A stretch of 64,000 bases of DNA from contig CAJWHW010000005.1 in assembly GCA_913040915.1 (NCBI GenBank), positions 1 through 64,000 on the forward strand, in the 5' to 3' direction. The notes under the pieces were generated by a model, which was not told the DNA's origin, did no database searches, and was given only the letters and a program-made list of their open reading frames with translations. How positions within the stretch are numbered: the stretch's first letter is position 1; the number at the start of each line of letters is the position of its first letter. This document shows positions 8,286 through 18,759 of the stretch, piece after piece. Both the position numbers and the translations under genes were made by a program. The DNA comes from an uncultured Fidelibacterota bacterium (GTDB lineage Bacteria > Fidelibacterota > Marinisomatia > Marinisomatales > UBA1611).

Positions 8286-10532
8286 TTATTGAATACCAAG
8301 TATTTTATTGACCAATAATAAGATATCAACAATATCAATTTGATTATCATTATTTAAATCACAAAAGGTTAGTTGATATGCTGTGGCATTCATATTATTT
8401 AAAATTAAATCTGCTACACCAAATACGTCAAAAATATCTACAGAATTATCTGCATTAAAGTCACCAAATTTGTAACTAGAAATTCCTAAAACACGGAAAT
8501 TATCAATCGTAAATCCGTCCCCTTCTACATAATTATCACTGGTTTGCATAAATCGAAAACCAAATATTCTGGCATTACCTAATTGATTTAAATCTATACT
8601 CTCTGTGACCCAATCTTCTTGAGTACCATCATAGCCAGGTTCTCCTTCTGGCTGTGCTGACTGCCCACTCCCAAATTCAGTAAAGATGCCTTCCAGACTT
8701 ACCCAGCCTTCCCCTTCAATGTCAGCTTGAAATTGAACAAAATCCCAATTGGATTCTATCTCCCATTTCGCAGTGTATTCTACAATTGCTAATGGGAAAA
8801 AATTTAAATCTAAATCCGTTTCAAATTCAGCAACAGACTCCTGAGCTTCATCATAATCGCCGTTAGGGCTATCTGATAGTGCATAATTTCCATCAAGTGC
8901 ATCACCAGTTAGACCCCAATCGCCAGTAACGTACCAATTATTAATACCATTTTCAAAACCATCAAAAAAAATGGTTTCTAAATCACCTATCATGAATGAG
9001 ATTGTATCTATCCTGCTAAAACTCGATTCACTAATAATGGAAAGAATCAAGCCTATATCAGAGCCGTTTTGAATGCCATCATCAATAGAGAATTCAGTAA
9101 AGAACTGCACTGTATTCCGGGCATTCAGGTTATTAAAGGTGAAAGAAGAATCACTAATAATAGTCATGTTATTGAATGGCAAGAGTTCAATTTGGAATTC
9201 TTCAGATAAATCTGTTAGTCCACGGTTTTGAATTAAAATTTCAATACCTATTTGATCACCGGGATTTAATACATCTGCAGTTAATTCATATTCATACATA
9301 ATCAAATCAGGTCCAGCAACAAGAGCAAAAGTTTTATTCGCGTGTAATTGTTCTTCACATAATGGAAGAACATCACTTTCTGAAGGCCAAAATCCTTGAG
9401 ATTGTGAACCTACTTCAGGAGTAAAAGCAACTATTTCTTGATCACCGTATGACCAATCAACAGCATCGCCATTTACTGTATATCCAATGGTTTCATAACC
9501 AGTTCCAGATTGATAACCATTAAACCTAGACATTTCTTCTCCAATCTCCCTGTGAGTGGATAGATCAGGTTCATCGGGTAATGAAGCATCACCAAAAGCA
9601 TGTATATATACATTAGAAAAAGTGTGATAATGAAGTACATTCATGAACTCTCTATCATCCATAAAATCCCTTACGGCTTGTGTCTCCGGTTCAGAAAAGG
9701 CAGAAGTCCCTCGATATGTTGCAGAACAAGGATTTGGTGAAGAACCTGTATCATTTGATCCCCATCCATAACCATAATTTCTGTTCAAGTCTACCCCTCG
9801 TTCAGTATAATCGCCGCAGTTCGTATCTTGCCGGTTTTTTCGATGCATTCCACCGCCATCAGGTTGAATGGATTCATTAAACACATACCCATCTGGATTC
9901 ACTACCGGAATGAACCACAACTCCCTCTCATTGACAAGGTAAGTTAATTCCTGATCATTTCCATATTCTTCAGCCAATGATTGAACAAAATAAAATAAAT
10001 TCATCATGCCTAATGGCTCACGGGAATGTGTTAAAGATGTATATAAAACTTCAGGCTCATTTTCATCTTCATTTGGATTATCTGAAACTTTAAATGCCCA
10101 AATATCCCTGCCTTCTACCGACTCACCAATAATTAATCTTGGTGATATAATTCCTGGATATGCTTCTTGTAGTTCATCAAATCTATCATTTAATTCACCC
10201 CAAGTATAATTCCCCATCATTGATCCTAATGGAAATTCGCGTTGCGACGCAGGTTGATTTCTTTCTAAGTAATATGATGTCAGATCGGGAATTAAAATCT
10301 CCGGGTCTAACCCTAAAGACATAAGTTCAATAGTTTGTTCTTCCCTTGCAGTTAGATCAATATAAATTCCTTTTTTACCTGATATATGTTCTAAAGGGAT
10401 TCCTACTTTAGAGATTAACTCTAATCTTTCGTTTGAAGGGTTGAAAACTCGTATAGACTGATAAATATCTGATGCAATAGAAAATTGAGAAAGAAATAAT
10501 AATCTAAAAGATAATCTTACTATAATATTCAT
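8286..10532 (-). CDS. M14 zinc carboxypeptidase (carboxypeptidase T-like) with C-terminal dockerin-like domain
   Basis: HSRE, NPDG, RKNR, GVDLNRN, LHYH, FTPEVG; tail GDFNADNSVDIFD...DLNNDNQIDIVD. Confidence 0.9.
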   Translation of the reverse strand: MNIIVRLSFRLLFLSQFSIASDIYQSIRVFNPSNERLELISKVGIPLEHISGKKGIYIDLTAREEQTIELMSLGLDPEILIPDLTSYYLERNQPASQREFPLGSMMGNYTWGELNDRFDELQEAYPGIISPRLIIGESVEGRDIWAFKVSDNPNEDENEPEVLYTSLTHSREPLGMMNLFYFVQSLAEEYGNDQELTYLVNERELWFIPVVNPDGYVFNESIQPDGGGMHRKNRQDTNCGDYTERGVDLNRNYGYGWGSNDTGSSPNPCSATYRGTSAFSEPETQAVRDFMDDREFMNVLHYHTFSNVYIHAFGDASLPDEPDLSTHREIGEEMSRFNGYQSGTGYETIGYTVNGDAVDWSYGDQEIVAFTPEVGSQSQGFWPSESDVLPLCEEQLHANKTFALVAGPDLIMYEYELTADVLNPGDQIGIEILIQNRGLTDLSEEFQIELLPFNNMTIISDSSFTFNNLNARNTVQFFTEFSIDDGIQNGSDIGLILSIISESSFSRIDTISFMIGDLETIFFDGFENGINNWYVTGDWGLTGDALDGNYALSDSPNGDYDEAQESVAEFETDLDLNFFPLAIVEYTAKWEIESNWDFVQFQADIEGEGWVSLEGIFTEFGSGQSAQPEGEPGYDGTQEDWVTESIDLNQLGNARIFGFRFMQTSDNYVEGDGFTIDNFRVLGISSYKFGDFNADNSVDIFDVFGVADLILNNMNATAYQLTFCDLNNDNQIDIVDILLLVNKILGIQ

Positions 10533-10537
10533 AAGAA

Positions 10538-11809
10538 CTAAATGTTATTTTTAATCCATTCTGTAGTGATTGATTTTGGACGAGTTATGGGAATACCTAG
10601 TGCACGTTCCCAAACCATCTGCGCAATCATACCCATCGATCTTGAAATACTGAAAAGGACTGTATAATAATTGAATTCTTTGAGTCCATAGTATTGCAAT
10701 AATGCCCCTGAAGCAGCATCCACATTTGGCCATGGGTTTTTTGCTTTACCATGAGATTGAAGAACATCAGGGACTACTTCAAATAAACGATCAACGATTG
10801 AGAAAACCTCATCATCCTTAATATGTTTTTGACCAAAATTGATGAATGCTGTGAATCTTGGATCAGGACAACGCAGAACAGCATGACCATAGCCAGGAAT
10901 GACTCGCCCCTTATTTAATCGGTTCCAACAATACTCTTTTAATTCTTCAATAGAAGGCACACCATTGAATTCATCTCGTATTCCTAATACAAATTTTAGA
11001 CATTCCTGATTCGCCAACCCATGAAGTGGACCTGCCAATCCATTTAGACCTGCACAGACTGAGTAATAAGGATCAGAAAGCGCTGATGCAACTGTATGGG
11101 CTGCGAAGGCACTTACATTCCCACCTTCATGGTCGCAGTGTAACATGAAGTATAGTTGCATTAGTTTGTGGAAGTTACCTGACTCATCAGGTAGTCCAAT
11201 CATATGAACAAAATTCCCTGCCCAGTCTAAATTAATATCTGGTTGTATTCGGTCACCCTTCTTAAATCTCATTCTATAAATACCTGCACCCAAGTTTGGG
11301 AGTTTTGCCAAAAGACGAATTCCATCATCAAGAATCGCTTCCCAAAATTCAGACTTTCCCATACCATTATCATATCGTTCGCGAAAAACACTTTGGCCCT
11401 GCATAGCTAAAATTCCCGTGTTAAACATTGTCATTGGATGAGAATCATCTGGCATGGCATCCAATACATCCCAAACATAACCGGGAACATCTAGGTGCTT
11501 TGAAAATTCATTTTTTAAATCAGCTAATTCTTCATCACTAGGCAATTCACCTGCTATTAATAAATAGAAAACTTCTTCTGGGGAAATATGAGTTATATCG
11601 AGCAATGGAGTTCCACGTATGATAAGACCCTTGTCTGCAGAAACAGAAGATGTATCACATACAAAAGCTTTAATCCCCCTCAAACCAGAATAAGCCTGAG
11701 CCACAGTCACATCACTGATTTTTTCATTCCCCTTTTCAGTAATTAATTCATTAATATTATTCTGCACCTGTGGAATTTGTTGTCGTAATCTTTCTTTAAG
11801 TAAACTCAT
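10538..11809 (-). CDS. gltA: Citrate (Si)-synthase, eukaryote-like type
   Basis: DHEGGNVSA, GLAGPLHGLANQE, PGYGHAVLR..DPR, KNPWPNVDA, RPKS; GAGG SD upstream of ATG 11809. Confidence 0.93.
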   Translation of the reverse strand: MSLLKERLRQQIPQVQNNINELITEKGNEKISDVTVAQAYSGLRGIKAFVCDTSSVSADKGLIIRGTPLLDITHISPEEVFYLLIAGELPSDEELADLKNEFSKHLDVPGYVWDVLDAMPDDSHPMTMFNTGILAMQGQSVFRERYDNGMGKSEFWEAILDDGIRLLAKLPNLGAGIYRMRFKKGDRIQPDINLDWAGNFVHMIGLPDESGNFHKLMQLYFMLHCDHEGGNVSAFAAHTVASALSDPYYSVCAGLNGLAGPLHGLANQECLKFVLGIRDEFNGVPSIEELKEYCWNRLNKGRVIPGYGHAVLRCPDPRFTAFINFGQKHIKDDEVFSIVDRLFEVVPDVLQSHGKAKNPWPNVDAASGALLQYYGLKEFNYYTVLFSISRSMGMIAQMVWERALGIPITRPKSITTEWIKNNI

Positions 11810-11846
11810 ATGTTTATACCTCAAATAAATATTGATTAGAATTTAA

Positions 11847-12524
11847 TCATTCCATATTATCCAAAAAATGAATCACATCATCAAAAGACTCAGCAACCGC
11901 GTCGGCTTCCTTTACAACAGAGTCTCTTTTAATATTCTCTATATATGCTAAGAATGAAACTTGAGAACCTAATTTTTTCATTTCAGCATCTGTATTACCA
12001 TCTCCTACTACTACAAGTGGCATAGATAGTTTCATTTGTTTTACCTGCTCTAATTTCCCATTTGAACGAGAAAATGGGATGGAACGATCTACTCCTAAAA
12101 TATTTCCTGACTCGTCAAATAAAAATTCATTAGCAAATATATGATCTTCAAGAATATTGAATGGCTTTAATGCTTGAGTAATAATTTGTTTAAAACCACC
12201 GGAAAATATAAAAATTTGATTTGCATTTTTTTTCATCCAAGCACTGTATTTTATGAAACTTGATGAAATATAATTTTGAATGATAGAGCAAACTCTATCA
12301 ACATCACTTTGATGAATATTCAGCAAAGAAAAACGTTTATTTAAGGAATCCTGGAAGGTAATCTCTCCAGCCATTCCTGCTTTCGTTAAAGAAATAACTT
12401 TTTTTAATTTTTTTTCTTTTTCAGGATCATCCATTAAGGATATCTCGGCTAGGAGATCAAGAGATTCAATAGAGACAATCGTACTGTCAAAATCTAAAAT
12501 CAGTACCCAGGGAAGCGAACTCAT
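11847..12524 (-). CDS. serB: HAD-IB phosphatase, phosphoserine phosphatase-like
   Basis: DFDST motif I, SGGF motif II, K, GDGNTD motif IV. Confidence 0.75.
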   Translation of the reverse strand: MSSLPWVLILDFDSTIVSIESLDLLAEISLMDDPEKEKKLKKVISLTKAGMAGEITFQDSLNKRFSLLNIHQSDVDRVCSIIQNYISSSFIKYSAWMKKNANQIFIFSGGFKQIITQALKPFNILEDHIFANEFLFDESGNILGVDRSIPFSRSNGKLEQVKQMKLSMPLVVVGDGNTDAEMKKLGSQVSFLAYIENIKRDSVVKEADAVAESFDDVIHFLDNME

Positions 12525-12530
12525 CTTAAA

Positions 12531-13241
12531 TCAAAATAACTTTCTGGCAGATTCTAAATCCTCAATAAAATCTATTTCGAGACAAGGAAATTTGGAAATA
12601 TTTTCATAATGTACATCGATCTTATCGAGTAAAGGCTGAATCCCCGCTTCGAAATAATCATTCACACCTCCGGCGTCAATCAAGTTTTGTAAAGATTTAC
12701 AGAAATATTTATTAAACGATTTTGAAAATTTTGCTACCCCAATAAATTCGCCTAAACAATGGGTTTCGATTAAATCCTTTCCTATTGCAACAATCTTATT
12801 TTCACCACCATCAATAACCTTTACTTCCTCCCTCCCGCAAGATTTAGCATCCACCGCCAGTGCTGTTTCATATTTGGAGTTTACGGTCTGCTCAAGTAAT
12901 TCTTTGGGATAAACCACATCCGCATTCATCAGAACGTGTGCTTCTGATCTTAAAATATCCCGTCCAAGATAGACAGAATAAGCTGTGTTGGTTTCAAAAT
13001 AATGATGGTTCGTTAAAAAATTGAATTTCATTTTTGGGAAACTTGATATCACGTGTTCTGTAAGCATTTCTCGATGGTATCCTACAACCATTGTAACATC
13101 CTTAATTCCCAAACTACTCAATGCTTCTAATTGATAATGAATTATCGGCTTTCCTCCAACATCGAGAAGACATTTAGGAATATTATATGTATAAGGATAA
13201 AGCCGACGGGATACACCAGCAGCTAATATATATGCTTTCAT
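12531..13241 (-). CDS. Phosphocholine cytidylyltransferase-like (LicC/PntC-type) nucleotidyltransferase
   Basis: LAAGVSRRL..T..IPKCL, NADV, EEVKV, GEFIG, EIDF.ED. Confidence 0.8.
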   Translation of the reverse strand: MKAYILAAGVSRRLYPYTYNIPKCLLDVGGKPIIHYQLEALSSLGIKDVTMVVGYHREMLTEHVISSFPKMKFNFLTNHHYFETNTAYSVYLGRDILRSEAHVLMNADVVYPKELLEQTVNSKYETALAVDAKSCGREEVKVIDGGENKIVAIGKDLIETHCLGEFIGVAKFSKSFNKYFCKSLQNLIDAGGVNDYFEAGIQPLLDKIDVHYENISKFPCLEIDFIEDLESARKLF

Positions 13242-13262
13242 ATTAGGCCAAAATTATGGGTA

Positions 13263-14324
13263 TCAACATGCTGCACCAATTGGAATTCCTATCTCATTTA
13301 AATATTGAATTAAGCGATTTGTTGCATTACCATCGGATGAACCAAGAAATTTATCTTTGGCAAAACTCCTTTCTTTTTCCAAACGTTCAGGATCCCTTAA
13401 AGATTCTTGGCATATTTGCCATAAATTTTCTGGTTTATCACAAATTTCAGTAAAATTAATCTGAGACATTCTAGAAGTATCTAATCTTTTTTCTAATAAT
13501 TTAGGAAATAATTTATACTTTAAGCGGAGTGAGTAATAATCAGTTTGAATAATAGGACGATTGAGATGCAAAAATTCAAATAATGTAGATGAATAATCTG
13601 AAATGAGTACATCTGCCTCTTCAAATAATGGCAAAATAGAATATTGTTCAAATGGAACTATTTGGATATTGGGCAAAGAATTAATGGTCTGGGCTAATTG
13701 TTCTCTTATTCGAGCATAATAATTGTGAGTCCAATAAAAGTGATGCAGTTTTATTTTTATATTTACATTTTTGTAATCCGATAAAAATGGAATTGTTTTC
13801 TGCAGTGATGATGGGAAAAATGTAGGTGCATAGAGTAAGGTATCGTAATCATTGGATTTATGATGATCAAGTTTCAATAGATCAAGTTTTGTAAAACCTG
13901 TTGCTACGGCTTCAAATCCTTTTTCAGATAATTCCGATGCCCTTTCTTTAGATTCCACACAAATCAAATCCATTTCCTTCGATAAATCTGTGTAATAAGA
14001 TTGCTTTAAACCTATACCATGGTAAACCATGATGCAAAAAGAACTTTTATTTCTTATTGCAGAAAGAGACGATTTATTGCCAAAAAATATAAGGTCAAAG
14101 TTCATCTCCTTTAAAATTCGACGCCGCTGAGGTTCAAAATTTGCATCAATGCCTTCTAAGGATAAACGATTACATTCTTGTTTAAATATTTTTTTTTCAA
14201 GTTTTGAAACTGATTCATTTAATGATAAAAAAATTTCATGTTTACCCTGTTGAATAAACCATCTAACGATTGGTTCAAATTGTGGTAAATAATATAAATA
14301 GTCGTGTTCAAATAGAATTTTCAT
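13263..14324 (-). CDS. CDP-glycerol glycerophosphotransferase (TagB/TagF-like) family protein
   Basis: YHG..K, TGFTKLD, LYAPTF, KLH, ADVLISDYSS..FEF. Confidence 0.8.
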   Translation of the reverse strand: MKILFEHDYLYYLPQFEPIVRWFIQQGKHEIFLSLNESVSKLEKKIFKQECNRLSLEGIDANFEPQRRRILKEMNFDLIFFGNKSSLSAIRNKSSFCIMVYHGIGLKQSYYTDLSKEMDLICVESKERASELSEKGFEAVATGFTKLDLLKLDHHKSNDYDTLLYAPTFFPSSLQKTIPFLSDYKNVNIKIKLHHFYWTHNYYARIREQLAQTINSLPNIQIVPFEQYSILPLFEEADVLISDYSSTLFEFLHLNRPIIQTDYYSLRLKYKLFPKLLEKRLDTSRMSQINFTEICDKPENLWQICQESLRDPERLEKERSFAKDKFLGSSDGNATNRLIQYLNEIGIPIGAAC

Positions 14325-15337
14325 TCCGTTACTATTTTTCTAATTTTTCTTTTTTTTAGCCAGTTGGGAGATTTTTGCCTCATATCTACCAATTCATTTT
14401 TTTCAAGTATAGTTTGAATAGTTTCAATTATACGGTATGAAGATTTACCATCTTCATAGGGATGTAAATCATCCAAATATTCTTTTCGATTCATTTTAAA
14501 CTCATCAGGGTCATTCAAAGAACGTGTAATTGCTCCTAGAAGATCTTCTGGCGAGTAAATATTTATTCCTTTATCTAATCGCGTTGTTGCATTAAAGGTT
14601 ATGATTGGTCGGTCAAAAATTAAAAATTCATAAACTACTGATGATGTATCACTAATTAGAATATCTGCTGCTGGCATCCAGGGTAAAATATCATGTCCTT
14701 CAATGATTGTAGTATGATTGCGTAGCGCTGAAAAAAGTTCAACAGTCTCCCATTTTTCTAAATCATGAAATTTGATTACCCATTGCCAATTAACGTTTAT
14801 TTGCTGAAGAGCAGATAGCATTGCAGGTGCTGAAGTATATTTAGGTGAAAATGTTGGTGCATATAAAATAACCGGTTTCTCTGAATCTAATCCTAGCTTT
14901 GTTTTTGCTTTTTCAATTGGTATAGAATTGTCCACAGTATCCAATTTAGGCCAACCAGTTTCCTTTACTAAAAATGATTGATGTTTCTTTTGAAGCATTT
15001 TGAATTTATCAGTCATCACAGGCCCGGCTGTACAATATAGATCAAAAAACCCAGTTATATCATAATGTCCTTTTTTTTCTTCACCCAGGCCATGGAATAT
15101 TTGCACCTTCAATCCGGGCCAAAAATCAGGAACCACATTACCAGGAACTATCACAGCATCAGGATTATAGTTTCTTACTTCATTTGAAGATGAAAGAATA
15201 TTTCCAGTAAGATTTGCTGTAGAGGCGGAGCCTGCTTTATACCAAGCTATGTCTACATTTGTATTATTGCAGGCAATTTGGAGTGGTTTTAAAATTGCAA
15301 TAGAATATAGTTTTGTTATGAAAAAAAGAAATTTCAA
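14321..15337 (-). CDS. CDP-glycerol glycerophosphotransferase (TagB/TagF-like) family protein
   Basis: QIFHG, TGWPKLD, LYAPTF, KFH, ADILISDTSSVVYEF, DGKSS.R. Confidence 0.82.
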   Translation of the reverse strand: MKFLFFITKLYSIAILKPLQIACNNTNVDIAWYKAGSASTANLTGNILSSSNEVRNYNPDAVIVPGNVVPDFWPGLKVQIFHGLGEEKKGHYDITGFFDLYCTAGPVMTDKFKMLQKKHQSFLVKETGWPKLDTVDNSIPIEKAKTKLGLDSEKPVILYAPTFSPKYTSAPAMLSALQQINVNWQWVIKFHDLEKWETVELFSALRNHTTIIEGHDILPWMPAADILISDTSSVVYEFLIFDRPIITFNATTRLDKGINIYSPEDLLGAITRSLNDPDEFKMNRKEYLDDLHPYEDGKSSYRIIETIQTILEKNELVDMRQKSPNWLKKRKIRKIVTE

Positions 15338-15340
15338 TGC

Positions 15341-16468
15341 TTACCGTTGTTGAAGTCTGCCAAGGATTACATCTCTGACTCGTTCAGATGCTTTCCCATC
15401 TAATTTATACAACATTTTATGTTGGTATTCTTTCATAGCATCCATTTTTTTATGATTTTTATTTATAGCTGTGGTTAATACATATGGTAAATCTTTTGCC
15501 CTATGCATCTCAACACAAAAATCAGCTAAATCATTATTCATTTCCTTGCTCAATCTTTTACGGAATAATCTATAGCGAAATAATTTATGTGATAATTTGA
15601 GTTTGTAAAAACGATTCACGATGACTGGTTTATTTAATGCTATCATTTCAAAAATGGTGCTGGAAGCTTCTGTTAACAATAAATCAGAAATTTTATAATA
15701 AGGTGTAATATTATATTCATTTGGGCCTAACAATTTGATATGGTCAAATTTTTCAGCCAATTTATATATCAATTCCCGCTGAGGTTTTAAGTTGTATTGG
15801 GAGAATTCATCCAAAAAATAAGTCCACATGTGTGGTTTTAAAATCACATTATAATCTTGTGTATAATCACCAAATCTCATTCCGAATCGTTCGATTGAAC
15901 TGGGATAAAATGTAGGGGCGAATAAAATGGTTTTTTTCGAAGAATCTAATCCTAATGATTTTTTCAAAGCTTGAAATTTATTATCGGTTCTTTGAAATAG
16001 CGGATCAAGTTTCGTAAAACCAGTTAAAGCTAAATCCGTTTTTATACCCTTTTGACGAAGCTGTTCTATTCGGTATTCACCTTCAACAAAACGAATATCC
16101 AGACGTTTTTTATTATCTTTCCAATAAGACGGCTTTACTCCAATCCCATGATAAATCATACCTACTAAAGTAGAATCAGGTACAAATTTACTTATCTCAT
16201 AACGTGACCAACCGCAAATAAAGATATCAGGCGAAAGTGCTTTTATTTTTAATGCTCGAGTTTCTTCAGAATCTGCAAGAATTAATTCACCGGGTTTATT
16301 TTTTAAAATCGAGACGCATAATTCTAATTCTTGGGGTTTATTATGCGATGCGGTTGAAAAATATAGTTTGAACCTTTCGTCCTTACAAAGTAAATCAATT
16401 ACAGGATCAAACTGTGGTAAATGATAAAGATGAAAACTATCAAAAACGATTTTATATGGATTGGCCAC
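15341..16468 (-). CDS. CDP-glycerol glycerophosphotransferase (TagB/TagF-like) family protein
   Basis: YHG..K, TGFTKLD, LFAPTF, KPH, SDLLLTEASS..FE, DGKASER. Confidence 0.8.
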   Translation of the reverse strand: MANPYKIVFDSFHLYHLPQFDPVIDLLCKDERFKLYFSTASHNKPQELELCVSILKNKPGELILADSEETRALKIKALSPDIFICGWSRYEISKFVPDSTLVGMIYHGIGVKPSYWKDNKKRLDIRFVEGEYRIEQLRQKGIKTDLALTGFTKLDPLFQRTDNKFQALKKSLGLDSSKKTILFAPTFYPSSIERFGMRFGDYTQDYNVILKPHMWTYFLDEFSQYNLKPQRELIYKLAEKFDHIKLLGPNEYNITPYYKISDLLLTEASSTIFEMIALNKPVIVNRFYKLKLSHKLFRYRLFRKRLSKEMNNDLADFCVEMHRAKDLPYVLTTAINKNHKKMDAMKEYQHKMLYKLDGKASERVRDVILGRLQQR

Positions 16469-16470
16469 GC

Positions 16471-18303
16471 TTAATCAATTACCATATTTTCATATAATTG
16501 TTGATATAATCCACCTTCCCTAAGCAAGGATTCATGTGTCCCTTCCTCTATAACTTGTCCTTCATTTAAAACAATAATTTTATCCGCACGTTTGATAGTA
16601 GATAAACGATGAGCTATAACTAATGTCGTTCTCTCCTTCATTAAATTTTCTAGGGCTGCCTGAACTTTTCTTTCTGATTCAGTATCTAGAGATGATGTTG
16701 CCTCATCTAATATTAGGATTGGCGGATTTCTTAATATGGCTCTTGCTATCGCCAATCTTTGTCGCTGCCCACCAGATAATCTAATGCCTTTTTCTCCAAT
16801 CACTGTTTTAAAACCATCAGGTTGTTCACAAATAAAGTCATATGCATTGGCTGCTTTGGCAGCTGCCACCAATTCTTGTTCTGAAACATTTTCTAATCCA
16901 TAAGAAATATTGAATGCAATAGTTTGGTCAAATAAAATTGTTTCCTGGGTGACAATACCCATTTTATTTCTTAGCGAATTCAAGGTAACACTTCGAATAT
17001 CATTACCATCAATCTCAATTGAGCCGGACTGGATATCATAGAATCGTGGAATTAAATCTGCGATAGTAGACTTTCCAGCCCCACTGGGCCCAACGAGAGC
17101 AACAATCTTTCCCTTAGGAATAGTAAAAGAAACATCACAAAGAACTTTATCACCAGAATCGTAATAAAACCCTATTTTATTAAGTTCAATTTGTGAATCA
17201 AAATTTTCTAACTTGATTGCATTTTCTTTATTTGAGATATCCGGTTGGGTATCTAAAATATTAAAAACTCGCTCTGCTGAAGCAATACCCTTTTGGAGAT
17301 TCACACCTACATTAGATAGAAGTCTAACAGGCCCTAAAACACTGAACATTATCAATATAAATCGAATAAAATCTTCCGAACTCATTGTACCATTTACTAA
17401 AACATCCATTCCACCAATCCATAAAAGTGAAACACCGATAATAGAACCAATAGTTTCAGTAATGGGGGTAGTAGTTAATCTCAGTCTTGCCTGTCGAAAT
17501 ATCAAATGATAATATCGATCCTGTTCCTTTTTGAATCTGTTTCTTTCAAAATCTTCAGTGCCAAATGCTTTCACAACACGGATTGAATTAAGAATTTCTG
17601 TTATAATGCCCATGATACCTGCAATTTGCTGGGCTGTCCTTTTTGCTTTCCTTCGAATACTTCTGCCTATCCAAAAAATGATAGACGTAGTTAATGGTAC
17701 AATTATAAGAGCAATCGTAGCTAATTTTATATTTATGATGAACAGGATTATAATGAACACCAAAATATTAATGGGCTCCACGAATACTCTATGAAAACTT
17801 GTCCCAAGCGCTACCCGCATGTTAGAGACATCTGTTACCACAATTGATGTGAGTTCTCCGCTCCGTGCTTTATCAAAAAAAGATAAAGATAAATTATGGA
17901 AGTGATAATAAAGCTTATTTCTTATTTTAGTGATAAGATTGAACTGAATATAAGTAAGACAAATATTTTTCAAGTATAGAAATACATTTTTTATTAAGAA
18001 AACAATTAAAATAGTAAAACACAAAACCTTTAAAGTCTCTCTAGGAGATTCTCTTAAAATGATTTCATTTGTCCAATATTTCAATTGATCATTTAAACTG
18101 GAAATATTTACTGTTAAAGTTTCGTGATCACTAATCAATTGATCGAAATCAGTTAAAATATTATTTATTAGAGATGCAGTTAGCCATATGGATAAGCTAT
18201 TAAAAATAACATAGATCAAAGCAGCAATAGTTGAAACTAGCAGCAGGAGCCAATATGGCAAAATGAGTTTTCCCAAACGGGAATAAATATTTTGAGTCAT
18301 CAT
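16471..18303 (-). CDS. msbA: ABC exporter ATP-binding/permease, MsbA-like
   Basis: N-terminal TM domain plus GPSGAGKST, LSGGQRQR, ILDEATS, IAHRLST. Confidence 0.8.
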   Translation of the reverse strand: MMTQNIYSRLGKLILPYWLLLLVSTIAALIYVIFNSLSIWLTASLINNILTDFDQLISDHETLTVNISSLNDQLKYWTNEIILRESPRETLKVLCFTILIVFLIKNVFLYLKNICLTYIQFNLITKIRNKLYYHFHNLSLSFFDKARSGELTSIVVTDVSNMRVALGTSFHRVFVEPINILVFIIILFIINIKLATIALIIVPLTTSIIFWIGRSIRRKAKRTAQQIAGIMGIITEILNSIRVVKAFGTEDFERNRFKKEQDRYYHLIFRQARLRLTTTPITETIGSIIGVSLLWIGGMDVLVNGTMSSEDFIRFILIMFSVLGPVRLLSNVGVNLQKGIASAERVFNILDTQPDISNKENAIKLENFDSQIELNKIGFYYDSGDKVLCDVSFTIPKGKIVALVGPSGAGKSTIADLIPRFYDIQSGSIEIDGNDIRSVTLNSLRNKMGIVTQETILFDQTIAFNISYGLENVSEQELVAAAKAANAYDFICEQPDGFKTVIGEKGIRLSGGQRQRLAIARAILRNPPILILDEATSSLDTESERKVQAALENLMKERTTLVIAHRLSTIKRADKIIVLNEGQVIEEGTHESLLREGGLYQQLYENMVID

Positions 18304-18309
18304 CTGAAG

Positions 18310-18759
18310 TTAACCTGAGTAAACCATTTTTTGGTGCGGAATTTCTGCTTCCATAAATCTATCTCCTACTTGGGAAAATCCTAGCTTACCATAAAATTCA
18401 ATTACAGATTCCTGAGCATTCAAATAAATTATTTTCTCATTTTTCAATATTTCTAGAGTAAATAAAACCAATGACTTACCTACCCCAAGGTTCCGATATT
18501 CATTTAAAACAGCAAACCTCTCTAACTTAATACCAAGATCTGTTTTACGCCATCTAGCAGTTCCGACAGGCCTTTCTTTAAATATTGCCAAAATATGAGT
18601 TGCATCAATTTGACTATCATCTTCTTCTATTTCAATGGGTATGTTTTGTCCTAAAACAAAAACCTGCCTTCTAATGAAGAGACAGGTTTGATGATCTTTT
18701 TCAGATTCAACAATTATAATCTTGATATCCACATATAAAATTTCGCTTTTTCTCTGCAT
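18310..18759 (-). CDS. GNAT family N-acetyltransferase (ElaA/YjcF-like)
   Basis: IRRQVFV..Q, R.AV...YR.LGVG, LNAQ...FY..LGF, F.EA.IPH..M. Confidence 0.85.
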   Translation of the reverse strand: MQRKSEILYVDIKIIIVESEKDHQTCLFIRRQVFVLGQNIPIEIEEDDSQIDATHILAIFKERPVGTARWRKTDLGIKLERFAVLNEYRNLGVGKSLVLFTLEILKNEKIIYLNAQESVIEFYGKLGFSQVGDRFMEAEIPHQKMVYSG

